Part shown: positions 12,426 through 23,339 of the stretch, piece by piece
Layout of the letters: each line of letters opens with the position of its first letter
Numbering within the stretch: the stretch's first letter is position 1
From: Isurus oxyrinchus
Taxonomy: Eukaryota
Direction of reading: 5' to 3'
DNA length: 64,000 nucleotides
NCBI GenBank assembly: GCA_026770705.1
Contig: JANJGN010000025.1
Coordinates: 10,602,001 to 10,666,000 of the forward strand
Translations under genes and position numbers: made by a program
Notes under the pieces: generated by a model
What the model saw: only the letters and a program-made list of their open reading frames with translations
Databases searched by the model: none
Told to the model about the DNA's origin: nothing

Positions 12426-15299
12426 GACCCTACTTAAACCAATCATTCCAAAATTTATAAACTGAAATTTTAGCGCAAAAACTAGATCAGAACTGTGATT
12501 TAATCTTAAAAACCAACTTGAAAAATAACTATTGCTTACCAATGCTTGCCCCCATCCCAAATAAATTGGAGGGGGGGGGGGGGGGGGGGAGGGGTAACAG
12601 CAATCGGTACCCGAGTTGTTACAAGCAAGGCACAGGGCAGGGGGGTGCACAAGCTGCAAAACACTTCAGGGCGCCCAGACTCAACACACGTCTTTTGAAT
12701 GCGCCTTTATCAGCAGCACCACCCCTGCATCTCAACAGGCCACCTCGTGCCTTGTGTGTGAGCACATGGTTACAAAGCCACCAAGAAGCTTTGCCTCCTA
12801 CAACCTCTCGTGTAAAACAACCACCGCCAAAGCAGTTCTTTCGCACTCTCTTTCAACACTCCAAAGCAGCCTTTTGCATTTTATTTTTTTTGGGACTGAA
12901 GTTTTTTTTTTATTTATTTAATTGCTCTGCTCTTTGTTATTGTTTCCCCTCCACAGCAAGGTTGTTGCAAGGTGACGAGAGTGTTTCAGAATAGCCGTTT
13001 GCTCCCAGGGATTTTCTTCAGCCCGTTCTGCACTCTGCCACTGATGCGGGTTAAGTAGTGTTCCTGCCTCCCAGGACCACCCTCAGCCCTGCCAAATCCT
13101 CCATCCCCAGGCCAGGCCCATGGGACACAGCCCGCGATGCATTTGCTCCATGTTGCGCAGTGGCTGAACGCTTGGGCGGCTGTCCTGCTTGCAACACGTC
13201 CATCAAACTGGTTATGGGCATGGAGATGGGGCTGGGGGAGCTGCCAGTCTTCAGCGTGGCCCCTTCATTCCGTCAGGACTGGCAGTCCTTCCCAGGGAGC
13301 ATTTACCACCCAGTAGTGGTGCAAGGGGTCAGCACCCTCCTGGCCTTCCCCCAGACTTCAAGGGATCTGCTGCAACAGGAATTTCCCTCATCCACCATCC
13401 AGATTTCAGTGGTCAGCATCGTGGGCAAGGAACATCCCAGGCAGTCAAAGGCAAAGCATCCAAGACTTTGAATGTAACTCTGGAAAGCAGATAACTTTCA
13501 AAAAATGGGAAATTGGACAAATACTTATATGGCAGCAAAGGTTGTAGGAAAGAACCAAGGGAGAGTGAGACTTAATTAGAGTGAGACTCAAAAGAGCCAA
13601 CACAGGCACAATGGACAGAAGGCTCTCCTTCTTTGCTTATCATTTTATGATCTATGATTCCTCCAAATCTGAAATGCCCATCATGGGTTCCGCACCATGA
13701 CAAAGTTCCTGCGCTCAAGATCCAATTGCACTGGCGGTGAGAGCCCGAGGCTGTGCAGTCATTTGTTTTGACGATGCATTCTGGGTAACATAGCGCACCC
13801 TCAGCCATACTCTCCCCCTCGCTTGCAGATGCCGGCCCACTAAAGGACTACAGGACACAAAGCACGTTGCAAAGGTGCTCGATGGAAGCCAACATTGGAG
13901 GAACGCAACAAGACATAAAAGGCGTGACAGTTCACGAGAGTATGGTAAAACCAATTCTTAGCACTGATACATGACCCTAATTGTAAGGAAGTGGTACAGA
14001 TAATCCAAGTAAATGAGTAAAAGTTCAGAGCTACAGAGGCCTTCTTTTCCAAGCCATGTCCTAAGCAGAGCTAGTTTTCAGTTTGTTTCCCACCCCCCAG
14101 AAGTAGTACAGTTGTTCAGTTGAGTTTCTTGATGTGACTGGATTTGAAGTTGATGCTGTATTTACGATACTTGTTAGATCCTTATTTTACTTTTGTGTTC
14201 AAGTGTGTTTTGTAAAAGTTTTAAATGGAAACACGCTTGCATTTATAGAGTGCCTTTCACAACTTCACCAAAGTGCTTTTCAGATAGTGAAGTACTTTTG
14301 CAGTAAATGTTGTAATGGAGGGAATTCTGACACCCAATTTGTTGCACTTAGCAAGATTCATGAACAGAATGGACTAGATACTGTGGGGGGGGGGTGGGGC
14401 GGTGAAATTGGATTTTTGGGTGCAACGAGGTTCCTTAAAATTGCGAAATGCAGTTCACGGCACATACGCACACATTCTGACACAAAGTGTGATGGATACC
14501 ATATTGGTAAAAGGGTTAACGGCACACACCTAATGTTTCTCAGAAACATGCAGATTGTGACAGCAATCAGCAAGTAACACTGATCTGACACTTAAAATAT
14601 TAAAAAAATTTCAAATAAAATTTTCCCCAATTCCAATTTGTTTCTTAATATTCTAGGAATTTTTAGTTCCATCAGTTATTTATATACACTTGCTAAAAAT
14701 GGCTCTTACAGCACATTGACCTCTTGTCATGAAAAATGAGCCACAACAGCATGACTTCAGTAATGGATGAATAAAAATTGCAAACATGTGAAATACATGG
14801 AGCCTATGACTCAGCTTGAAGAGCTTAAATTAAAAGAAAGCTGATTGGTGAATCCTGAAAGGGGGAAAAAAACACGTATCATTGAGGAGGAGGGTTAAAG
14901 GGCCGGGGGCGGGGGCGGGGGGTGCGGTGGTTGGTGAGATGAGTGGCCTGGAAATAGGAAAAGCACCACGGCCCATGATTTCTCTCCCCAGTCCTGGTTA
15001 GAAGGTTGGAGTTACCACTGCTGACTGCACCTCAATGTAGGTTACACCAATGACAGCCACACTGGATCTCTGTGCACTAGGATGGATGCTCAAAGCACTG
15101 CCTTACCCCGCAAAGCCAGTTTATTCCAATATTTTTCAGAAGAGCACAGAGAGATCGCAGGCCTCTATTTACACAAGAAAAAGATCCTGTATGGTTTTTT
15201 TTTGAAAAGTAGTAAGCAAACCACCAGCGTACTATTAACATGCAGGTTTACACCAGCTTGGAGTTATGTCGCTGCTCTGGATGAAAAGACAACTTTGAA

Positions 15300-15465
15300 A
15301 GGGAGGGGTGGTGGGGGGAGAAGAGAGCAGGGTGGAGAGGGCGTGGGAAAGAGTGGGTGGAGGGGATGGAGAGTGGGCAGAGTGGGGGGAAAACAGAGTG
15401 GGATGGAGGGTGGGTGGGGGGGGAATAGTGGGGCGGGCAGGTGGGTGGGGATGGAAGGCAAGGGG
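15300..15465 (+). repeat. G-rich low-complexity tract with G-quadruplex potential
   Basis: Numerous GGG+ runs separated by short loops. Confidence 0.7.
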
Positions 15466-17029
15466 AGCAGCTCACACCATTTGTTGCTTTAGAATCAATT
15501 CCTGAGTCAAATTACCATTTTCAGGTTAATGCATGACAACCCCAACAGAACTGTATCCACTTCATAAACATGCAAACAACAATCCAGCGTTTCTTTCTAA
15601 TAATACTGCTCTGATACTACAGAAGGTGCTCAGGGGAGGGTCCTTTAACAAACATCAGGAGCACATGTGTACAAATTCTGTTTTTTATTGCATGGGAATC
15701 CAGGATTTTGGACATTTTTTTAAAAAAACATTATAGCAAAAGACGTGTTTATATCTGCACACAAAGGGATTGCTACTCCCTCTAATCAATCATGGTAACT
15801 AAATAAGCCAAGTTGTTATTACATAGAATTTCAATATTTTTAACCAAACTCGTGGTTTTGGTCATTCACAGACGATTGAAAAAGTCAAGTTTGTAAACTT
15901 ATGTTCGTTTATTTAAAAAAAAATCCATCCACAGTTCTGTCAGGAGAGTCGCTCAGCTAATTTTAAAAAAGGGACTAGTTAAACCAAATGGATTCATTCA
16001 AATGAATTCTGAATGTCAGACACCGCATCGAATATCAAAGTAACAGTATGCTGAACATCCTACAGCCGGAGAGTGTGCTTTAATAAATACTCAGTGTCGG
16101 AGTTCCCTGTAAGATGTGACCTTGATCCTTACAAAGCGGATGAACCGTGCGCATCCCTTCCCCAGCACCACTATTAATAACAAAACAGCGCATAACGCTT
16201 AGTGACAGACCCGGTACAGGGCGCCCAGAAACACAATCGAATATCAAACGTTTCAGCCTCTAGTCAGCGCTCCGACTTCGTAAATATGTCCAAATTAAAT
16301 AAAGGAAAAACAATTATAGAAAGTGCACCTGACGCCAAAGTAACTCACAAGCGAAACCCATCCACAACAAAACAAATGATCAAAATGTATCATTTGAGAA
16401 AAGACCACAGACCTAACGCTCCCCGGTTAAAGTGCTTTAGAAATCTACTTTTGGGGAAAGTTACATTTAAAAGTCCATGTAGGAAACATGGTGTTTCCCT
16501 CTCGTACAAAACTAAAACAAAAACAAGTTTTTCTTCCAAAAACGTTGTGATGAAATACTCTTTAAGAAGAAAATGCTTGAAAGGCAAATGAAAATAAACT
16601 TAGGAAAAGTGAAAAGCAGAACCGAAGTGGAGGTTACAACTTCTGAAAACTAAAGCAAACTTTGACAAGATTTAGCAAGGGGGGAGGGGGAGGGGGGTGA
16701 GGTGGAGGAGAGAGAAAACAAACCTTTTTAAAGAAAATAAAAACCACATCGATCTTACTGGGATTTTCATAGCAGGGGAGCTGCAAGTCTGAATCCCTGT
16801 TACACTGTATCCCTAACCCCCAGTAAAACACATAGACACTGGCCTGCAGGTAACAATGCAGTTGCAAAAAAAAAACAGAACAAAGCCCACAGTAAGAAAG
16901 AGGGATATTAAATTACACGATTGCAAATACATTCATCTTGCGAACATATATTTTGGCTTTCCTTTTTTTTGGGGGGGGGGAAAGAGGTGGAAAAAATCTT
17001 TAAAATGAAGTTCATTATAAAAATCTTAC

Positions 17030-17400
17030 CTTAACCAGGCCTCATTTAATGAGAACAGCTAGTTTTAACTGTGCTCCCTCATTGCCTCCGTCCTCATTCC
17101 CTCTCAAAGATGTTACCAACTCATTGCACTTTTGCTGTATTATAAAATGCTTTTTCTTCTTTCTTCTCTTCCCTCCCCCCGTCCTCTCTCTCTCTCGATG
17201 ATCTATATTTTCATTGAGTTAATCTCAGATATTGTATGGGGTTGTTGAGGTCGGGGGGGGGGGTGGTGGTGGTGGTGGTGGTGTTAATGGCCTGATCCAG
17301 CCCAGCTTCTACTTTCTTTCACCCCCCCCCACACACACACACACACAACTTGTTGCTCCGGAGACTCGACACTTCGCCCCTCAACTTGGATTAAAGGCTA
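17030..17400 (-). other. Non-coding first exon with four short uORFs (TSS approximate)
   Basis: Donor AAG|GTAAGA at 17030. uORFs MKI*, MSW*, MRTEAMREHS* and MRPG*. Lies directly downstream of the promoter motifs. Confidence 0.7.
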
Positions 17401-17560
17401 CTGCGCCTGCGCACTCCATGCCGGCTCCCTTTACTGCTTCCTCGTCCCTATTGGACGAACCCAACCGCAATCCCGGCATCTATTGGCTGTCTCCCGTGGC
17501 AATCATAATCTATAGCCGATCTATAGGTTGAATCGCCAGGCGTCGAGGACCGCCCCTTAT
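17395..17560 (-). promoter_or_regulatory. CpG-rich Pol II promoter
   Basis: NRF1-type TGCGCCTGCGCA at 17402-17413, minus-strand CCAAT boxes at 17450-17454 and 17482-17486, GC box CCGCCCC at 17550-17556, and local CpG enrichment. Confidence 0.8.
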
Positions 17561-18071
17561 TAAATTCTATGGGTCATAGAACCTTAATCCCATTTTCCAC
17601 AATGTGGAAGGGAGAATTTAGAAACATCTATTCCACAATCAGTTAATAAAAAATTAGAAATCCATATTCAGATTTAATTATTAGAATGCATTCTAATAAT
17701 ATAAACATTTTGAGTAATGCTATTAGTTTGGAAACACAAGCATAAAGCTATATTAGTGTTAACTACAGGTAGTCATTTCGAATTAACTAATTTTGCACTA
17801 ATTTGACTTTTATACGTATCTCCACTGGAAAGCAAAATCCATTAAACTTGGGGAGGGAGAAACACCCATCTTTACCTCTTTCCCATCTCTCATACCTCTC
17901 CATGCTTGCCTGATCCTTTGATGAGCCACAATTTTCACCAACTAAACTTTGGGAAGACTCACCTCAAGCTAGACCTAGTTTCTGCAACAACATTTCCCAG
18001 CTCAAATTGAGCCTCTGAACTAATTTTCTCTGTTTCACAAAGACTTTACTACATCTCCTGCCTTTGCCGCT

Positions 18072-18410
18072 ATGGTTGCCAACCCTCCAGGATTGGCCTG
18101 GAGTCTCCAGGAAGTTAAGATTCATCGCCAGGACACTGCTATCAACAGGGCATGAAAAAAGATTGTATTTTTTTTCATTTTCTTTGAACATTTCTTTTTG
18201 ACAGATATAAAATTATTGAAAATGGGAATAAAGGCTATTTGGTTGACAGCCAACATCATCTAATTTGGTCATTAGTCTTTCTGCTTTCCAGATGGTGGCA
18301 GAACGTCACAAGGATGGATGTATTGGCCAATTAATGGCTGGAGTGCGGGGAGGTGGGCAAGTCATGTGATGAAACCTCCAGGAATACATTTAATCACAGT
18401 TAGCAAGCTT
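18072..18410. mobile_element. Non-autonomous DNA transposon with GGTTGCCAAC-type ends
   Basis: Decayed inverted ends atggttgccaac / gttagcaagctt; homologous copy at 56969-57762. Confidence 0.6.
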
Positions 18411-18419
18411 GACTCTGGC

Positions 18420-18992
18420 CCATTTGCTGCTGAAACCCTCTTTTCACAAGACTTAATGGTTCCAATACAGTCATGCCTGGCATCTCATCCTTGATCTTTT
18501 ATAAACTTCAGCTCATCCAAAACTTTGCTGACAACTTCATATCTTGTACCAAGTCCTGTTCATCCATCATTCCTGTCCTTATTGACTTATTTGGACTCCC
18601 AGTCCTCAAACTCCTCAAATTTCTGATGATCATTGTTGCATTTTACATCCCTCCATGGCCTTGCCCTCTCCATCTGTGTAAACTCCTCTAGTGCTACTAC
18701 CCCACACCCACACTGCCACAAAAAAAATCTCCATCCTCTTTTGCCTCACATCTGTTAGTCATGCTTTCAGCTGTCCAGGTCTCACACTCTGAAGCTCTCT
18801 CACTAAGATCTGTGCATCCCCACTACCATGCTTTAAGCCTCTTCTAAAACCTATCTCCTTAACCAAACTCTTGGTTACCCTTTTGAAAATCTTTCTTTGG
18901 CTCAAAGTCAATTTTTTTCCTTACGCTTCCATGATATGTCTTGGGATATTTTTCTACATTAAAGGTACCGTATAAATTTTTGTAGTTGTTGT
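18420..18992 (+). mobile_element. L2-clade LINE 3' fragment
   Basis: KLQLIQNFA...IIPVLIDL remnant and tail attaaaggtaccgtataaat..gttgttgt. Confidence 0.7.
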
Positions 18993-20341
18993 AAAAGTTT
19001 TAGAGGGCAGTTGTCAGCTTGGGTCAATTATTAACACTCACTTTTCTGAGCCAAAATGTAAATTCAACTCCCAGTGCAAACTTGAGCTCATAATCTAGGA
19101 TGACATTTCATGTAGTACTGTCATTCAAATGAGACATTAAACTGAGGCCCATGTTCCTCTGCAGATAGATATAAAATGTCCCATTAAAAAAACAGGGGTT
19201 TCTCTTGATCTTTTACGCCATATTATTTCCTCAAAAACTTTAGCCAGGACACCAATTCAAGGTGAATGACAAAAGAATCAAAGGTGAAATGAGGAAAATC
19301 TTCTTTACACAGTGAGTGGCTGGGACCTGGAGGGTACTACCTGAGAGTATAGTGGAGGCAGTTTCAATCATAACTTTCAAAAAGGAATTGCATAATTACT
19401 TTACGAGAAGAAATTTTCAGGGAAAAGATGGGGGAGTGGCTGATTTTGCTCTTACAGACGGATGGCATGGACATGACAGGCTGAATGGCCTCATTAAATC
19501 TCTGCTGCAATCATTCTATGTTGTTGATGGGAACATGCTACGCACAGAATGCATGAAGCATTTTCCCTACTCTTACATCTGAGAGGCAGTTTCAAAACCC
19601 CAAATGGCTGAGTCAGTGATAAACTGGACAGTCGCCATCTTTACTTTCAGAATTGTGTGATGATATATTCATGTTTGTCCACTCCTCTGTATCTATTGTC
19701 TAAAATGTATTAAATTTGCTAAGCATGGCTCACATTCTTTATTTGGGCATCGCCAGCCTGCAACACTGTCATGCCTGCAGCTGGACATTTCTACCAGTCA
19801 ATGATGCTGATTTACCCCCTTACCCGGCTCACAGTGGTAAAGGCCAACTTCAGCCAACTGGCTTCACTAAAATCAGCCGCCTTAACACAGGCAGATGGAG
19901 AAATACAGCAACCTCAATCCATTTATGGACAAGGTGCAGAATTATAATGATAAAAATGGGAGCAGGTTTATTTGTTTTTTTACCAATGTGACTAGTTCCT
20001 GATCATAGTCAGCCTCAGCCTTGTCATCACAAATAAGGTGCGAAGGACAACTTTTCTGAGGAGTTGAAGACAAATTTGACCAACTCATTCTCGACTTCTC
20101 TGGTGCATCTCCTAGTGGCTGATTATAAAACAACACTGGAAGTGGTTTGAGAGCTGATCTTCATATCTGCCACAAATGATAAAGGGAAATGGAGAGAAAA
20201 AATGTATAAAACAGAAATTAATCCAATGTCACTGATACAAACTAACACTAAGGCTAGCAGTTATTTTTGAGAGTTTACTGAGATTTCCATTACAGTTAAA
20301 AGGTAGATTGAGATTTTAAAGCAAAGTAAAATGATAGCTTA

Positions 20342-20439
20342 AGACAAAAACAGAATTACCTGGAAAAACTCAGCAGGTCTGGCAGCATCGGCGGAGAAGA
20401 AAAGAGTTGACGTTTCGAGTCTTCATGACCCTTCGACAG
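20342..20439 (-). mobile_element. 98-bp Penelope-type insertion carrying a minimal hammerhead ribozyme fold
   Basis: Perfect 14-bp TSD aaaatgatagctta (20328-20341 and 20440-20453). Minus strand reads CTGTCGA-A-GGGTC-atgaa-GACTC-GAAAC-GTC. Confidence 0.8.
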
Positions 20440-20524
20440 AAAATGATAGCTTAGTTGTTGAGTTACTTATGATCACACAATAGCAGTGCCACATCTGTGC
20501 TATTAAACACGATGGAACCAGGAA

Positions 20525-20800
20525 AGAATTGATTTGCACTTATATAGACCCTTTGACCACCTCAGGATGTCTCAAGGAGCTATACAACCAATGAAGCACT
20601 TTATGAAGTGTGGTCGCTGCTGTAATATAAGAAATATGGCTGCCAATTTGTGCACAGAAAGCTCCCGCAAACAGTAATGTAATAGTGACCACATAATTTG
20701 TTCTTTAGTTTTGTGAAGTTGATCGAGGAATGAATATTGGTTAGGATATGTGGGAAAACTCCCCTGCTCTTCCTTCAATAGTACATGGGATCTTCTCTGT
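20525..20800 (-). mobile_element. DeuSINE-like SINE, 3' half
   Basis: Homologous to 6880-7305 and 29580-30022. Confidence 0.75.
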
Positions 20801-21319
20801 GCACTAGATTCAGGGAAGGTTGAAGAGTGGAGATGGTGGGGGTTTAAATCTGGGGTGTGAAATCCATAGAGATTAAGTGTGTGGGGTGGAGCCCTCGACG
20901 CAGTAGATTAAACAGGGCCTGTGGAGGGACTGGACTTGCTGCCACTGGTCTTTTTCTTATTGCATGGCTTCATATATTTTTAAGGAATAAATACAGTGAG
21001 GGCAGAGCCCAAGGCCAATATACTTTATAATAGGTGAAAAATCAGAACAAGAGTTTGCAAACGGGCAATGTCATGCTTGTAAAATCACTTGAAGCAATTA
21101 AGCAAGTCAGTAAAATTGCTCAAATTTACATCTAGGGAAATGAACACTTTCAGCTAAAATACTGATTTTAGACAGTGTCAACATTTTTAAAATTGAGAAT
21201 GTTTAGTGAAGAATCAAGTCTTGCAGCACAGCAGATGACACGTTTGAAAAGCATAGTTGTGGGGGGGGGGCGGGGGGCGGGGAGAAAATGAGATAAATCA
21301 TGCAGGTTCTTTTTGATTT

Positions 21320-21690
21320 CAGCCCTGGCTCAGTGGTAGCAATCCTGTCTCTGAGTCTAAAAGTCATCAGTTCAAGGCTCACTCCAGAGACTTAAGTGCA
21401 CAATCTAGGCTGATACTCAATGCTTCACTGTTAGTGGACAAACTATTAAAGTCAGATTCTGTTTGTTCTCTCAGGTGGATATAAAACACCCCAAAACTGT
21501 GTTCAAGGAAGAATAATGCTTCTCAACTAAACAGATTACCTAATCATTTATTTCATTGCTGTTTGTGGGAGCTTGCTGTGCACAAACTGGCTGCTGAGTT
21601 TCTTACATTATAACAGGGCTACACTTTAACTGGACTTTGTTGTAAAGCACTTTGGACAGGACTGAAGCCACAAAAAATGCAATATAACAT
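21320..21690 (+). mobile_element. DeuSINE-like SINE
   Basis: Head tggctcagtggtagc..gttcaagg (A/B boxes) followed by the shared body. Confidence 0.75.
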
Positions 21691-21721
21691 TACCTCAATA
21701 ATTCATTCATAACCCAATAAT

Positions 21722-21933
21722 TAATTGCCACAGAAGGCTGTGGAGGCCAGGTCATTGAGTGTATTTAAGACCGAGATGGATAGGTTCTTGATTGGTAAGG
21801 GGATCAAAGGTTATGGGGAGAAGGCGGGAGAATGGGGTTGAGAAATTTATCAGCCATGATTGAATGGCGGAGCAGAATTGATGGGCCAAATGGCCTAATT
21901 TCTGCTCCTATGTCTTATGGTCTTATGGTCTTA
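21722..21933 (+). mobile_element. Young CR1 3' end
   Basis: Ends tctgctcctatgtcttatggtcttatggtctta (repeated 8-mer tail). Confidence 0.85.
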
Positions 21934-22884
21934 TACCTTTCTTTGGATGACTCCAAATTTGGGTGTTAACAGCTTGTAGATTAGAGAAAGGAAGTTCCTT
22001 AGTGTTGAAATCCTGGCCAACAATGAGTTAAAATAGGAGATGGTGTAGTCAGAAGACAGGAAGGAGGAACAGTATAAGATTGAGGAGTTACAGCTAAGGG
22101 AAACCAAAAGGTGGAAGTTCAGAATCATTGACATAATGAGGCCAATAAAATAATATCAGGTTTTAGACATGTTTCACAGCTGTGCACACACTGAGATTTT
22201 GAAACTATGTCACAATATCAGAAAACTAACATACCACCACAAAAAATAAAGGAGGTATGACTGAAAATATACCATAATGGAAAGAAATCCAGATTAACAT
22301 CTGACCAAGGATTTAAATCCCACACTTAACCTGTCTAGATACTTACTGACCTGCAGTGGATTGGTAGCCTTTTGCTGCTTTTATTCCGGATTAAAGGACA
22401 GGAAGAATTAAGTTAACGTCACTTGTAACACAGATGTTTCTTGCAAAAGTGGAGAGTGCTCAACATTATAGCTCAAATGGAATCCCTGCTGGAAATGGAG
22501 CAGGGGAAGCTCAAATGCACTTATTAATGGGGTACATGAGAGAATGTCCCTGATCTAGAGTAATGTTCTCATTTAATTTTTGGGGGGAAGGAGAGTTAAT
22601 TTTTGCAATGCAATACAGTCCCCACTGTTTATAGTGGCTCCAAAATTTTCCTGTTACACCTGATGCTTGGTAAACTATAATAAATTTGCAACAGTGAATT
22701 AACAAGGGTCTTGGTGGGATGTAACCAACTGCGCATTTCCATTGAAGACTTCATTGGGATACTTTCCTGTTCATATTGGAAATATTTCACCTAGAGGTTT
22801 TAAAAAGTCAGGTACATTACAGAACACCTGAAATCTCCAATTTCCAACTGACCCTCCCATAATCATCAACAGTTGCATCTGAAT

Positions 22885-23307
22885 CAATTTCCACTTGATA
22901 GGCACCCCATCCATTATATTAAACATTCACTATCACCAGCGCACAGTGGCAGCAGTCTGTGCCATCTACAAGATGCACTGCAGGAACTCACCAAGCCTCC
23001 TTCAACAATACCTTCCAAACCCGCAAACTCTACCATCTGGAAGAACAAAGACAGCAGATGGATGGGAACATCACCTGCAAGTTCTCCTCCAAGTCTTTCA
23101 CCATCCTGACTTGAAATTGTATCATTGTTTCTTCACTGTCACTAGGTCAAAAATCCTGGCACTCCTTAACAGCACTGTTGGTGTACCTTCTCCACATGGG
23201 CTGCAGCAGTTCAAGGAGGCAGCTCACCACCACTTTCTCAAGGGCATTTAAGGATGGACAATAAATGCTGGCTTAGCCAGAAACGCCCACATCCTATGAA
23301 TGAATTT
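22885..23307 (+). mobile_element. CR1-clade LINE 3' fragment (second lineage)
   Basis: HQRTVAAVCAIYKMHCRNSP...GLQQFKEAAHHHFLKG* remnant and tail aataaatgctggcttagccag..cccacatcc. Confidence 0.8.
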
Positions 23308-23339
23308 GTCCCAAATATAGAACATATTGCCCATTGTTT

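Larger units (their letters stand above)
1..17400 (-). other. PTP4A3: 5' part (leader exons and intron 1) of a PTP4A/PRL-family phosphatase gene; main ORF predicted outside the window; paralog uncertain
   Basis: Promoter at ~17400, consensus donor AAG|GTAAGA at 17030, acceptor TTTTTAAAG|G at 1069, and a uORF peptide resembling the PTP4A1/2/3 leader uORF as I recall it. No MARMNRPAP-type main ORF was seen in the window. The family call is firmer than the paralog call. Confidence 0.55.

Noticed and set aside
14134-14577. 147-aa + strand ORF
   Set aside because: Runs through SINE-tail-like and G-run sequence and shows no protein features.
21320-21395. tRNA-like A/B boxes here and at the other SINE heads
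   Set aside because: They continue into SINE bodies and lack an intact cloverleaf, so they are not tRNA genes.
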